Source: Antedon mediterranea (lineage: Eukaryota > Animalia > Echinodermata). Taken from it: 64,000 nt of DNA. The position numbers and the translations under genes are program-made. Of this stretch, positions 12,301 through 23,458 are shown in pieces; the first letter of the stretch is position 1; each line of letters begins with the position of its first letter. The DNA is taken from assembly GCF_964355755.1 (NCBI RefSeq), contig NC_092672.1, positions 28,588,437-28,652,436 of the forward strand, in the 5' to 3' direction. Under the pieces are notes generated by a model that was not told the origin of the DNA, made no database searches, and saw only the letters and a program-made list of their open reading frames with translations.

Positions 12301-13115
12301 TAGTTGTCTATTCTTTTCGTTTGTTATTTTGTTATTAATTTCATGAATGCACTATAGCAATCTGTGGTGCCATGGAAAAAACATAACATATGGTAAGTAA
12401 AACGTATGTTATTTTGATTGTTTTTTTTATAGATAATCAGTAGGCCTAAACCTAAGCCAATTCCAAGTAGTCATATTGTAATTGCACTCTCTTTAAAAAG
12501 CATCTCTCTTTTGGGCCGTTAGGTAAGTTGTTTTATGCACACTTCTCGCTAACTGTGGTGGGTAGGTTACCAACATGTTCGAGTTAAATAACTTTAATTT
12601 GCGTTGTTTTCTACATGAGATTAGGCATACTGTACATAGGCAAGGTATTACCTATACGTAGCTCGCCTAACCCATATTTATAGCAAATAATTATAATAGT
12701 AGGCGACCGTAATTGTTACCAGCCTACACATTTAGGTGAATTAGGATACCTAGCTTGTCACGTTATTGGAAGTAAGGACATCTGTTGAGTAGACCTATAG
12801 GAGCTACTGAACGAACCTTAGAAATAGAATACTGTTCAGTCTGACTGTGTCGGGAATTGAGTGTGGCACAGTGAACTATTTTAATAGGTTCTTGTTCGAT
12901 GGGATAGGTAGGATACAGGCCTAATATAATTTAGCCAACTGATTAACCACGTGTTTTCAAGATATAACATTTCATTAGATGGAACTAATATCGAACTGCA
13001 CGTGATGCACAATTAGCCAATGACAAGTATACACTCAGGTGTGTTATAATAATTCATATGTTTTTGTTTCAGATTTAGCATACAGATTTCTTTAACGGTT
13101 AAAGTGTCAATTAGT

Positions 13116-15397
13116 ATGACACAGTCAAAAATTTTAACAAATATTTCACGAACTAAGCGTTTGGATCCCTCAAATCTGCAGACAGAATTCAAAAGATGTC
13201 TGACAACATCAGATCTGGTCATGGTAGGAGTCAGCAATATGGTTGGTTCTGGTATTTACGTTTTAACTGGAGAGGTAGTAAGAAACGTTGCTGGACCATC
13301 AGTAGTAGTATCGTTCATAATTGCTGGATTGGTGTCTTTGATGGCAGCTATTTGCTATGCTGAGTTTGGTGCACGAGTTCCAAAGACTGGTTCTGCTTTT
13401 ATGTACGCCTACGTCACTCTTGGAGAGATATGGGCCTTTTTAATTGGTTGGAATCTCATTCTGGAGTATATTGTAGGAACAGCCGCCGTGGCATCTGCAT
13501 GGAGCGGTAGCTTTGATCAACTACTTGGAAACCAGATAGAAAATATTACGATAGAATATGTGCTGAACGGTGAAGCATGGGAATCCCCCATATTGGGAAA
13601 ATATCCAGATTTTGTTGCTTTCGTTATAGTGTGTGCACTAGCAGTGGTGGTGTGTCTCGGTGCTTCATGTTCCTCCAACGCCATGAACATATTTGTTATA
13701 CTCAATGTAACGATAGTCATTGCAATGTTTATAATATCTCTGACCAAAGCGGATATTTCAAATTTTAGCAGCGGAAATGGATTCTTCACGTTTGGTTTCC
13801 AGGGAGCTATGGCCGGAGCCGCAATCTGTTTCTATGCGTTCGTTGGTTTTGACGTCATAGCATTGGCAGCCGAAGAAGCTTTAACCCCAAACGAAAGCAT
13901 GCCAGTTGCTTCATTATTTTCTGTCGTGTTTGTAATTTGTCTGTACGTTTTAGGTTCAATAACCTTAATCTTACTAGTTCCGTACAATGAAGTTGTGCCC
14001 AAAGCAGCATATCCAGCAGCGTTTAAAAGCGTTGGTTATCAATGGGCTGAATATGTCGTTGGTGTTGGCACATTAATTGGAATGGGCTCCGCGGAACTTG
14101 GCTTTATGTTTGCCATACCTCGATCTGTTTACGCCATGGCCATTGAAGGACTACTTTTTCCATGTTTTGCAGTAGTGAGCAAACGTACACAAATACCAAT
14201 CATAGCAACTCTCGTGTTCGGTGCAATGTCTGCTATACTTGCTCTCTTGTTTGACATTTCGGCTCTTGTTGAATTCTTATCAATTGGAACATTGATGGCA
14301 TATGCTATGGTGTCAGCGGCTGTAATAGCTGTAAGATATGAACCATCACATCAACAAGATACAGACGACGTATTGTCAGATAGTGACACTCATGATAGCT
14401 CCTCCTGCACAGGATCATCTCTACCAACCAGGAACTACGGAAGTCTCAAAGAACGATTTCAGAAGATTCCAATAATCAGTAACCTTCCACCAGGAAGAGC
14501 TGTTTGTGTCTGCTACTTTCTCTCGGTTGTATTTCAATTTCTGGCAGTTTTGCTTTTTAATTCAAATGCCATGTCGAATTGGTGGGTGATGTTGCTGGCC
14601 ATATTATTTGTAGTGTCAGCCATTCTGACATTTATTCCAATACCACTCCACAACCGAAATGAAGATATTACGACGTTTAAGGTACCGTAGCGTAGATGTT
14701 ATTTTACAAAATTTTACAATATCTTAAATGCCTTTTAAATCAACATAGCCAATAAGAATGTTCCAAAGAATTGTTAAAGACGAGGTTTTATCTAAATGTT
14801 GTATTATTTTATTCTATTCCAGACGCCATTTGTACCGTACTTCCCAGCACTGAGTGTGTTCTTCGACATTCTGTTGTTAGTGAAATTACAAGCAACAACA
14901 TGGCTTCGATTTATCGTCTGGGTAACTATAGGTAAGTCCATTTAAAAGGGATTCAAACGTGGGGCTATCCAGTTTTGGCCCTCTAAACTATATTCAAAAT
15001 GTCATTGCACCATTTTTAGGCCCTGGGCCCCCTATTTCAAATTCCTGGGTCCGCAGCGACGCTGCTGCTACGGCACGGTTCGGGCATGCTACAATATTAT
15101 ACGAATATTAGAACAAACGTTGGCGACGGAGAGGTTTAAAGGTGTTCTTTTTATTTACAAGGTTAGGTGTTTCAATTTTTTCTTCACTTAAATTGAAATA
15201 ATATTTACACTTTCACAATGTGTTTTTAAAAAGGCTTGCTGATTTATGTATTTTACGGCTATCATCACAGTGTAGAAGGAAAGAAAAGAAGTTCTGGTGA
15301 AACCAACGATTATCAGAGAATGACAAACGACTCAAGGCCAATTCACTACGGGACAATTGAGATGAGTAAACCACCATCAACAAGTAAATTAGATTAG
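13116..15397 (+). CDS. Cationic amino acid transporter family, SLC7A4-like (gene 2, tandem paralog of gene 1); coding exons 13116-14681, 14823-14931, 15234-15397
   Basis: Same motifs and exon layout as gene 1, including a 109-bp middle exon. Acceptor at 13073, ATG 13116, TAG ends 15397. High nucleotide similarity to gene 1. Confidence 0.93.
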
Positions 15398-15690
15398 ATA
15401 CAAATCGAGAAATTTACATGGAGAAAAGCTGCCATTAACGTGATGCAAGTGCTTTAAAAAGGTGACAGAAATAACGTCATATGAAGTGAAATAGAGACAC
15501 GCATTCAACGCAGACAATTGAGATGAGTAAACCTTAAACAAGCAAATTAGATAAGATGTGAATCGAGAAATTTACATGGAGATAAAAGGCTGCATTACGT
15601 AGACGAGTAAAATAGAGACACGTACTTACCATTATTCATTGACAAACAATAAGATTAGATGTTAATCGAGAATTTTACATGGAGAAGTTG
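15350..15690 (+). repeat. Degenerate tandem triplication of the stop-codon region of gene 2
   Basis: gacaattgagatgagtaaacc..aaattagat..aatcgagaaatttacatggaga recurs at ~15352 and ~15513, and partially at ~15645. Confidence 0.75.
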
Positions 15691-16429
15691 AATTAGCAGA
15701 ACTAGCATTATAAATTGTCAACTTTCTGCAGTACTTTGCTGTTACTTGTTACTGATCTGATTAAAATCTTTTAGAGGTGGATAAACGTGTACAAGCTTTG
15801 TATTTTTTTGGGTTATCTTTCCATTGAATTTCTTTTCCTTCATACTTTACTCAAGGCAATCTAACAACAATACACAAATACCAACAGTACTGACTATGTA
15901 CATGTGTTCTCCGCGGCGTGCGCGGTGTCTGTTATGCATTGTATCGCAGCCACAGATAACACCTTTGATCTCTGGAGCTCAGTATCCTATTGATAGATTG
16001 TCTTGCTTTACTCTAAGAGTAATGCAGCATTCATACCGAAAAACAGAAATCCGACCAGAACTATGTAACTAATAAAAGTATCCGTGACAGTAATATTAAT
16101 AGACCACCATTATTATGTGCAGGTTTTATGATATGAGTAGTTTTAAAAAACCTGTTTCTTTTCAAATTCACCAGTTTTTTTTCGTTGCTTCTCTATTGTT
16201 AGTCAACTGAAACTATTGTTAGTTGAAAGGCTGGTTACATAACCTTTACAGCTTAATCACACTTAGCATTAAGACCCAAAAATTAAAAAAAATATTTTTT
16301 TCCCCGGTGAAATCTTATGTACGAGAATTTTACTGTAGGCGGAGAGGTATGTACTCTGGGAGTGTCGTCTAGTATAATGTGTTATTTGGTTATCAATTTC
16401 AAGGTAAAAGGAAGTATAAATGATTGGTA

Positions 16430-17267
16430 TTTTTGTAACAGTCTTTTATGTGGCTTACCTGACTATGAGATTGCAAAACTTCAGCTAGTTCAAAACACTG
16501 CTGCAAGGATGATCACTTTGACTAAAAAGCGGCACAGTATTACACCGGTGTTGAAAGAACTTCACTGGCTGCCAGTGTGTAAGAGAATAACGTTTAACAT
16601 CTCGCTGATCACTTACAACGCGTTACATGGGCTTGCCCCTGATTATATTCGCGAGCTCATTTCTGAATACATCCCGTCGCGCTCTTTAAGGTCTGGTGAT
16701 CAATTTCTTCTAACATTACCAAAATCATCCACTGCTTATGGTAGAAGGTCTTTTGCAGCAATAGCACCTTCATTATGGAACAAACTTCCACTCTTTGTGA
16801 GACTTGCTCCTTCAGTCAGTATTTTTAAATCACGACTGAAAGCCCATCTGTTCTCATCCGGTATTAATTAACTTATTTATTCATTCATTTATTCCTTCCC
16901 CGAAACCTTGACTCAGAAATACCGGGATGGTGTCCGGCGGGGGATAGTTTAACCCTAGCTTAAGTTGTGCATGCTTCATTTACTCTCTATTCTTAATTCT
17001 GGCCCCGAAACCTTAACTCAGAAATACCGGGATGGTGTCCGGCGGGGGATAGTTTTACCTTAGTTAAGCATAGTTAAGCTTTGTTACATTTTTTTTTCAC
17101 ATTATTGATTGTCTCCATCCCCGAAACCTCGACTAAGAAATACCGGAATGGTGTCCGGCGGGGGATAGTTTATTACCATTAGTTAAGGTCCTATGTAAAG
17201 CACCTAGAGGGGTCAGTGATCCATTAGGCGCTATATAAATACTGTTTATTATTATTATTATTATTAT
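16430..17267 (+). mobile_element. 5'-truncated L2-clade LINE (RT C-terminus, 3' UTR, stem-loop end, (ATT)n tail)
   Basis: CNSLLCGLP..KLQLVQNTAARMI..LKELHWLPV..RSLRS..YGRRSF..APSLWNKLP..FKSRLKAHLF. Terminal tgtaaagcacctagag..aggcgctatataaat followed by (att)n. Confidence 0.9.
16898..17171 (+). repeat. Three 53-bp GC-rich direct repeats with unique AT-rich spacers in the L2 3' UTR
   Basis: ccccgaaacctYRactMagaaataccggRatggtgtccggcgggggatagttt at 16898, 17003 and 17119; spacers 52 and 63 bp. Confidence 0.9.
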
Positions 17268-17319
17268 ATCCACTTTCGTTATATCAATCCTGAACTGTTT
17301 AACCATGGAGAAAAGAGCT

Positions 17320-17694
17320 CCCGTTCAACTCGCTTTCTAGAATGGTTTAATCAGGGAGTTGTTAACAACTCCCTGGTTTAATGTAATATGATTGCAAGGG
17401 TTGAATGCACCATTTGAGTACACTGATGGTTCTCGTAGCAAACTGACGTAGCATGAACAAAACCACCCGATTCCCAGTGCTGTATTTCACCCGATTCTGC
17501 TACTGTCCACAGCTGCTATCTATCTCAATGTAACGATAGTTATAGCAATATTTATAATATCTTTAACCAAAGCGGATATTTCAAATTTTAGCTCAGAAAA
17601 TGGATTCTTTCCGTTTGGTTTGCAGGGAGTTATGGCCGGGGCTGCAACCTGTTTCTATGCGTTCGTTGGGTTTAATGTAATCGGATTAACATAA
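17320..17694 (+). pseudogene. Deleted third copy of the SLC7A4-like duplication (promoter/exon-1 remnant fused to a TM5-TM6 coding fragment)
   Basis: 17320-17468 aligns to 4408-4540. 17524-17680 translates [53 protein letters not shown], followed shortly by a stop. Confidence 0.88.
17352..17375. mobile_element. 24-bp perfect palindrome with 7-bp TSD (putative transposon excision footprint)
   Basis: gtttaat-cagggagttgttaacaactccctg-gtttaat; empty paralogous site near 4431-4446. Confidence 0.75.
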
Positions 17695-18758
17695 AATGCC
17701 AAGTCAATGTTGATAAATAGCAGTTTTTAAAGTCCTCACTCGCTTTGATGTTACGCTAGGCCTAGGCAGCCAAGCACCAAGCAACACCTACGCTTCGCTC
17801 AAATTTACCGCAGTCATATTTTGGACGCGCCTCAATATTTCGTTGCCATGCGAAACAGATTTTGTTATGACTTACGAAAACGAATACGTGTGCGTGACGT
17901 ATCCGTTTTCGTTATCGTATTCGTAAGATTGCGAAACCTCTCTAATTAACTATGATATTTTGTATTTTAACCGATTTGGTAGTGCTAAATTGTGTGACGA
18001 ATCCGTTTCTTTACGCAATATACATGACGCAATTTCGCGTTGAGTTGTGTAAGTTACTTCGTATTAAATGAGTTTGAATGAAATTTTAACTGAAAAAGAA
18101 TTACTAAGTGTGTGCAGGATGAAACGCATTAAATTTACGTTTTACAACTTGTTGATATGCGTACTTATACGACTACTAAACCGTCGTAATGGTAGATAAC
18201 GCGAGTTACGCACATTTACGTTTCCTCATTGAATTCTGGTATCTTGAATGAGAGACTCAGTTCAGTATACTTAGTGGATACAGTAGTGTGACAGGTATCT
18301 GTTAAATCTATTAAATACACCCATGTTACATTCCAATAGGCCTACTTTTCAGAATATTTCAAAAAGGTTGTGTGGACCATTTATTACTAAAGCAAACTGG
18401 ACTGGTGAACTTTTTAGTTAGACATTTTTAAAATGAATTAGCTTTTGCCTTCGCCTGTTTATGTTAATTGTGAAATTGCCAACTAACGACGATTTACTAG
18501 AAATCAACATTCCAAGTGATACGAACTTTCCAAATGAATCTTTCCATTTACTCTTCAACACAATTTTGTTAAAGATGCCTGATGTGCCGTCTGCCGAACA
18601 AATGAAAGAGTATGTGATAAATACATCATATTGTGTTTTATTGAATTTTAGATTGTGTATATACTGTACTGTTAATCATCTTTATTATTTTGCTGAATCG
18701 TGAGATGGAATGTATTTATTATGCGTATTATACAGTATGTCTTATTAACATGTCTAAC

Positions 18759-18797
18759 CAGGGAAGAGTTAAAATTCAATAATTTAACTCTTCCCTG
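18759..18797. mobile_element. 39-bp palindrome, putative excision footprint with degenerate 7-bp TSD
   Basis: gtctaac-cagggaagagttaaa..tttaactcttccctg-atataac. Confidence 0.55.
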
Positions 18798-19934
18798 ATA
18801 TAACATTCACAAATAGCGTCATAATAAAAATATCTTGTAAAGTGCTGTTGTAGTTGTGTACTATTATACATTAAAAAAAAAATAACAAGTTATTGAAAAA
18901 AAAAATATACGAGTAAGAATCCTAATAGAGAACTATATATGTGACTTGCACTACTGATAAAGGGCTAGTGTTGTCTGAAAGCTCTGCTAATTTTTCTGGA
19001 TGTTTTACCTTATCGATTTAGCTTTTTGCTTGTTTTATTTTGTACCTCCATTTAAATCCAGCCACTGATATCCACAGCATTATCATTTTTTTTCAGTAAT
19101 TTGCTATTGGAATTATATATAGCTATGTATTAATATGTGACGATTATTATTGAATAAAGTACATGTAGTGTGTAACAGTTTGTCGAAATTTGATTATAAT
19201 TATTATAATAGGGATAAGAACTCCTGAATAATAAATGGGCGTGGAGTACCCGATTCTCAGTTCTGTATCTGCACATACGAGATTATTTCACTGTAGGCCC
19301 ATAGCAGCATTCTGTTCGTGAAGAGGTTTTTTATGTAGAGCATCTTGTGTATACGTTTGTCTTGTGAACCTCTGAGGGTCCCTAATGATCAGCAATTGCG
19401 GGATGGATCACCCTCATTAAATATGATTGAAAATGTGAATTTTACATAGGGCTATGTTTATACCTTGAATCTTCCAGTACATTAAAAAAAAAATTCTTCT
19501 GTCCTTTCTTCAGGAGTCCGTCTGCAGGTTAAGTCGGATGTCAAAGTCCCTACTTATGTCACAGGGTGAACGTATTTACACGGACACTACACATAACACG
19601 ACACCTTACGGAGAAATTGTGTTTCGAGCTGCTCAAGCATTATGCGTATGAAACGAAATGTGTGCCAAAATATGTATCTTTTTACCAATATTAAGTCGAA
19701 ATACAGTATAGAACTTAGACTTGTCTCCTTCGTCTTATTCATTTGTTCATGTTTGTTCTATAATAAATAATAATATAAATAAATAAATATAAAACAATAC
19801 CGACACATTTGAAGCCAGGTAACTCTTTCATTTATTTTTACCACAGATAATATGCAGATTGATAAGTACCAACTAAACAACTATATAAGACATATAAAAA
19901 TATAAAAGTATTAATGCATACTAAAGCATTTGGA

Positions 19935-21880
19935 CTGATAATTTAATATTCGGATAGGCCACGTATCAATCAATCAATCAATCAATCAATCGTTCGTTCG
20001 TTCGTATCAAAGTGTAAAATGTCTAGAAGGGGGGTTGTATTATGAAAAGGTATGTAGCCTGATAATTTAATATTCGGATAGGCCACGTATCAAAGTGTAA
20101 AATGTCTAGGAGGGTGGTTGTATTATGAAAAGGTATTTAGCCTGATAATTTAATATTCGGATAGGCCACGTATCAAAGTGTAAAATGTCTAGAAGGGTGG
20201 TTGTATTATGAAAAGGTATTTAGCCTGATAATTTAATATTCGGATAGGCCACGTATCAAAGTGTAAAATGTCTAGAAGGGGGGTTGTATTATGAAAAGGT
20301 ATGTAGCCTGATAATTTAATATTCGGATAGGCCACGTATCAAAGTGTAAAATGTCTAGAAGGGTGGTTGTATTATGAAAAGGTATTTAGCCTGATAATTT
20401 AATATTCGGATAGGCCACGTATCAAAGTGTAAAATGTCTAGGAGGGTGGTTGTATTATGAAAAGGTATGTAGCCTGATAATTTAATATTCGGATAGGCCA
20501 CGTATCAAAGTGTAAAATGTCTAGAAGGGTGGTTGTATTATGAAAAGGTATGTAGACTGATAATTTAATATTCGGATAGGCCACGTATCAAAGTGTAAAA
20601 TGTCTAGAAGGGTGGTTGTATTATGAAAAGGTATGTAGCCTGATAATTTAATATTCGGATAGGCCACGTATCAAAGTGTAAAATGTCTAGAAGGGTGGTT
20701 GTATTATGAAAAGGTATGTAGCCTGATAATTTAATATTCGGATAGGCCACGTATCAAAGTGTAAAATGTCTAGAAGGGTGGTTGTATTCTGAAAAGGTAT
20801 GTAGCCTGATAATTTAATATTCGGATAGGCCACGTATCAAAGTGTAAAATGTCTAGAAGGGTGGTTGTATTATGAAAAGGTATGTAGCCTGATAATTTAA
20901 TATTCGGATAGGCCACGTATCAAAGTGTAAAATGTCTAGAAGGGTGGTTGTATTATGAAAAGGTATTTAGCCTGATAATTTAATATTCGGATAGGCCACG
21001 TATCAAAGTGTAAAATGTCTAGAAGGGGGGTTGTATTATGAAAAGGTATGTAGCCTGATAATTTAATATTCGGATAGGCCACGTATCAAAGTGTAAAATG
21101 TCTAGAAGGGTGGTTGTATTATGAAAAGGTATTTAGCCTGATAATTTAATATTCGGATAGGCCACGTATCAAAGTGTAAAATGTCTAGGAGGGTGGTTGT
21201 ATTATGAAAAGGTATGTAGCCTGATAATTTAATATTCGGATAGGCCACGTATCAAAGTGTAAAATGTCTAGAAGGGTGGTTGTATTATGAAAAGGTATGT
21301 AGACTGATAATTTAATATTCGGATAGGCCACGTATCAAAGTGTAAAATGTCTAGAAGGGTGGTTGTATTATGAAAAGGTATGTAGCCTGATAATTTAATA
21401 TTCGGATAGGCCACGTATCAAAGTGTAAAATGTCTAGAAGGGTGGTTGTATTATGAAAAGGTATGTAGCCTGATAATTTATTATTCGGATAGGCCACGTA
21501 TCAAAGTGTAAAATGTCTAGAAGGGTGGTTGTATTCTGAAAAGGTATGTAGCCTGATAATTTAATATTCGGATAGGCCACGTATCAAAGTGTAAAATGTC
21601 TAGAAGGGTGGTTGTATTATGAAAAGGTATGTAGCCTGATAATTTAATATTCGGATAGGCCACGTATCAAAGTGTAAAATGTCTAGAAGGGTGGTTGTAT
21701 TATGAAAAGGTATGTAGCCTGATAATTTAATATTCGGATAGGCCACGTATCAAAGTGTAAAATGTCTAGAAGGGTGGTTGTATTATGAAAAGGTATGTAG
21801 CCTGATAATTTAATATTCGGATAGGCCACGTATCAAAGTGTAAAATGTCTAGGAGGGTGTTTGTATTATGAAAAGGTATT
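19935..21880. repeat. 83-bp tandem satellite, ~23 copies
   Basis: Unit ctgataatttaatattcggataggccacgtatcaaagtgtaaaatgtctagaagggtggttgtattatgaaaaggtatgtagc (starts at 20059, 20142, ...). First unit interrupted by (atca)n(cgtt)n. Confidence 0.97.
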
Positions 21881-21984
21881 TCTATCATTAGGTTTGGTCT
21901 ATTTACAGAAGGTACGTTATCTAATAAAATGTTCATTTTAATATTAATGAGCCGAATAATAATAAAACAAAACAAAAATGAGTA

Positions 21985-22840
21985 AATATTGCCCCGTTGT
22001 TAAATTCGCTGATGACACTAGTACTATTGGTCTCATAGTTTCAAACAATGATGAAAATTATCGTAGCGAAATACAAAGATTTGTTAAATTTTGTGACGAT
22101 AATTATCTCCAAATAAATGCATCAAAAACAAAGGAGATGATCATTGATTTTAGGACTAAACATAAATTTAATTTTCAACCAATCACTATCAAAGGTAAAG
22201 AAATTGAAATTGTTGACCAGTACAAGTATCTAGGAATTGTTTTCAATGATAAACTGAGTTGGGGAGACCATATAGACTTCATCAGCAAAAAATTAAGTCC
22301 CAGAATGTATTGTATGAGAACTTTATATAAATTTAACTCCTGTGATTTGATGTTACTTTCGTTCTATAGATCCGTTATATGTAGTGTTTGGACGTATTAC
22401 CTCTCCTGTTGGGCTGGTAATGTTACCGGAGGGAATAAAGGACGCCTTGAAACTTTCATCCGTCGGGATGGTAAAATGATTGGTCTGGAACTGCCTTCCT
22501 TTACCGATGTGCACCTAGAACACCTCCAGAAAGATTTCGAACGCATTGAGTCGGATGCCTCTCATCCTCTCCACAAAGTGATCATAGACCAACTTAATCC
22601 AAGTGGTAGATTGAGGCTCCTCATTGTGAAAACAAATCGATTTGCTAAATCCTTTATTCCCTCCGGTATCATCCAGTACAACAGGAAGTCAAGAAGATAA
22701 TTTTATATTGTAATTTTTTAGATGTTTTTATATGAATGGTTTTATGCTATATTTGTTTTTATAGTGTCTTCTTTGTTATTATGACGAGCAATGAATTTCC
22801 TTTTTGAGGATCAATAAAAGTTATCTTATCTTATCTTATA
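21985..22840 (+). mobile_element. 5'-truncated Rex1/Babar-type LINE (RT C-terminus and 3' end)
   Basis: VKFADDTSTIGLI..YRSEI..INASKTKEMIIDFR..YKYLG..FYRSVI..SHPLH..SGR..KTNRFAKSFIP. 3' end gaatttcc..ggatcaataaaag(ttatc)n. Confidence 0.88.
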
Positions 22841-23458
22841 ATATAGCACATTACCAGGAATAATATTGTATTGATTGATTTTTCATATAATATGCTATAT
22901 TGTAATCGAATAATATTGCCTTAGGGAATAGATTTAATATATTTTGAAGAACCAATCATCAATTACTGAAGAAGTTGAACCAAACAACTTCCTGTCTCAG
23001 CCTGCGCGTTGTGCCAGGAAGTTTACAGTGGCGACGAGGGAAAGAAGCTGAAGCCGGTCAACCATGAATGTCGTTAACTCGGAAATATAAACGGAGTATA
23101 TAAATCTACCACCGATTAACTACTTTGTGGTAGATACTGTACAGGCAAGAAAACGGCAAGTTAGGCCTATAATTAATATGTCTGAATACATCTTTAAGTA
23201 TCATCAAGTTCATTTTTACTCAATTAAAAAGTTGACGCTTGTTAATCCTCATCATCATCGATGCATTCTTAGGTCATTGGTGCTATCACGTCAATGTTTG
23301 AATTGTGCGCATGTTCCTTTTTTGCTCTATTTATATTTTAGGCTTAAGTGCTGATACATTTTTCCCGCAATTTTGACCAATCACAAGTGACAATTCATAT
23401 GCTCCATCGCTTGTGATTGGTCATATTCATTGCGTCAGGTGAGAACGTGTAGTTTGTT

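Noticed and set aside
16317-16871. Host protein-coding gene (likewise 21978-22700)
   Set aside because: 5'-truncated LINE reverse-transcriptase fragments with fortuitous upstream ATGs.
16898-16950. Canonical hammerhead ribozyme
   Set aside because: GAAA-stem-GUC can be drawn, but the CUGANGA core is absent and that segment varies between copies.
16898-17171. CRISPR array
   Set aside because: Eukaryotic context, only three repeats, 53-bp repeats with 52-63 bp spacers, no cas genes, and located inside a LINE 3' UTR.
17840-18240. CpG-rich segment with short hairpins as an ncRNA
   Set aside because: No recognisable motif or second copy; most likely a decayed transposon fragment.
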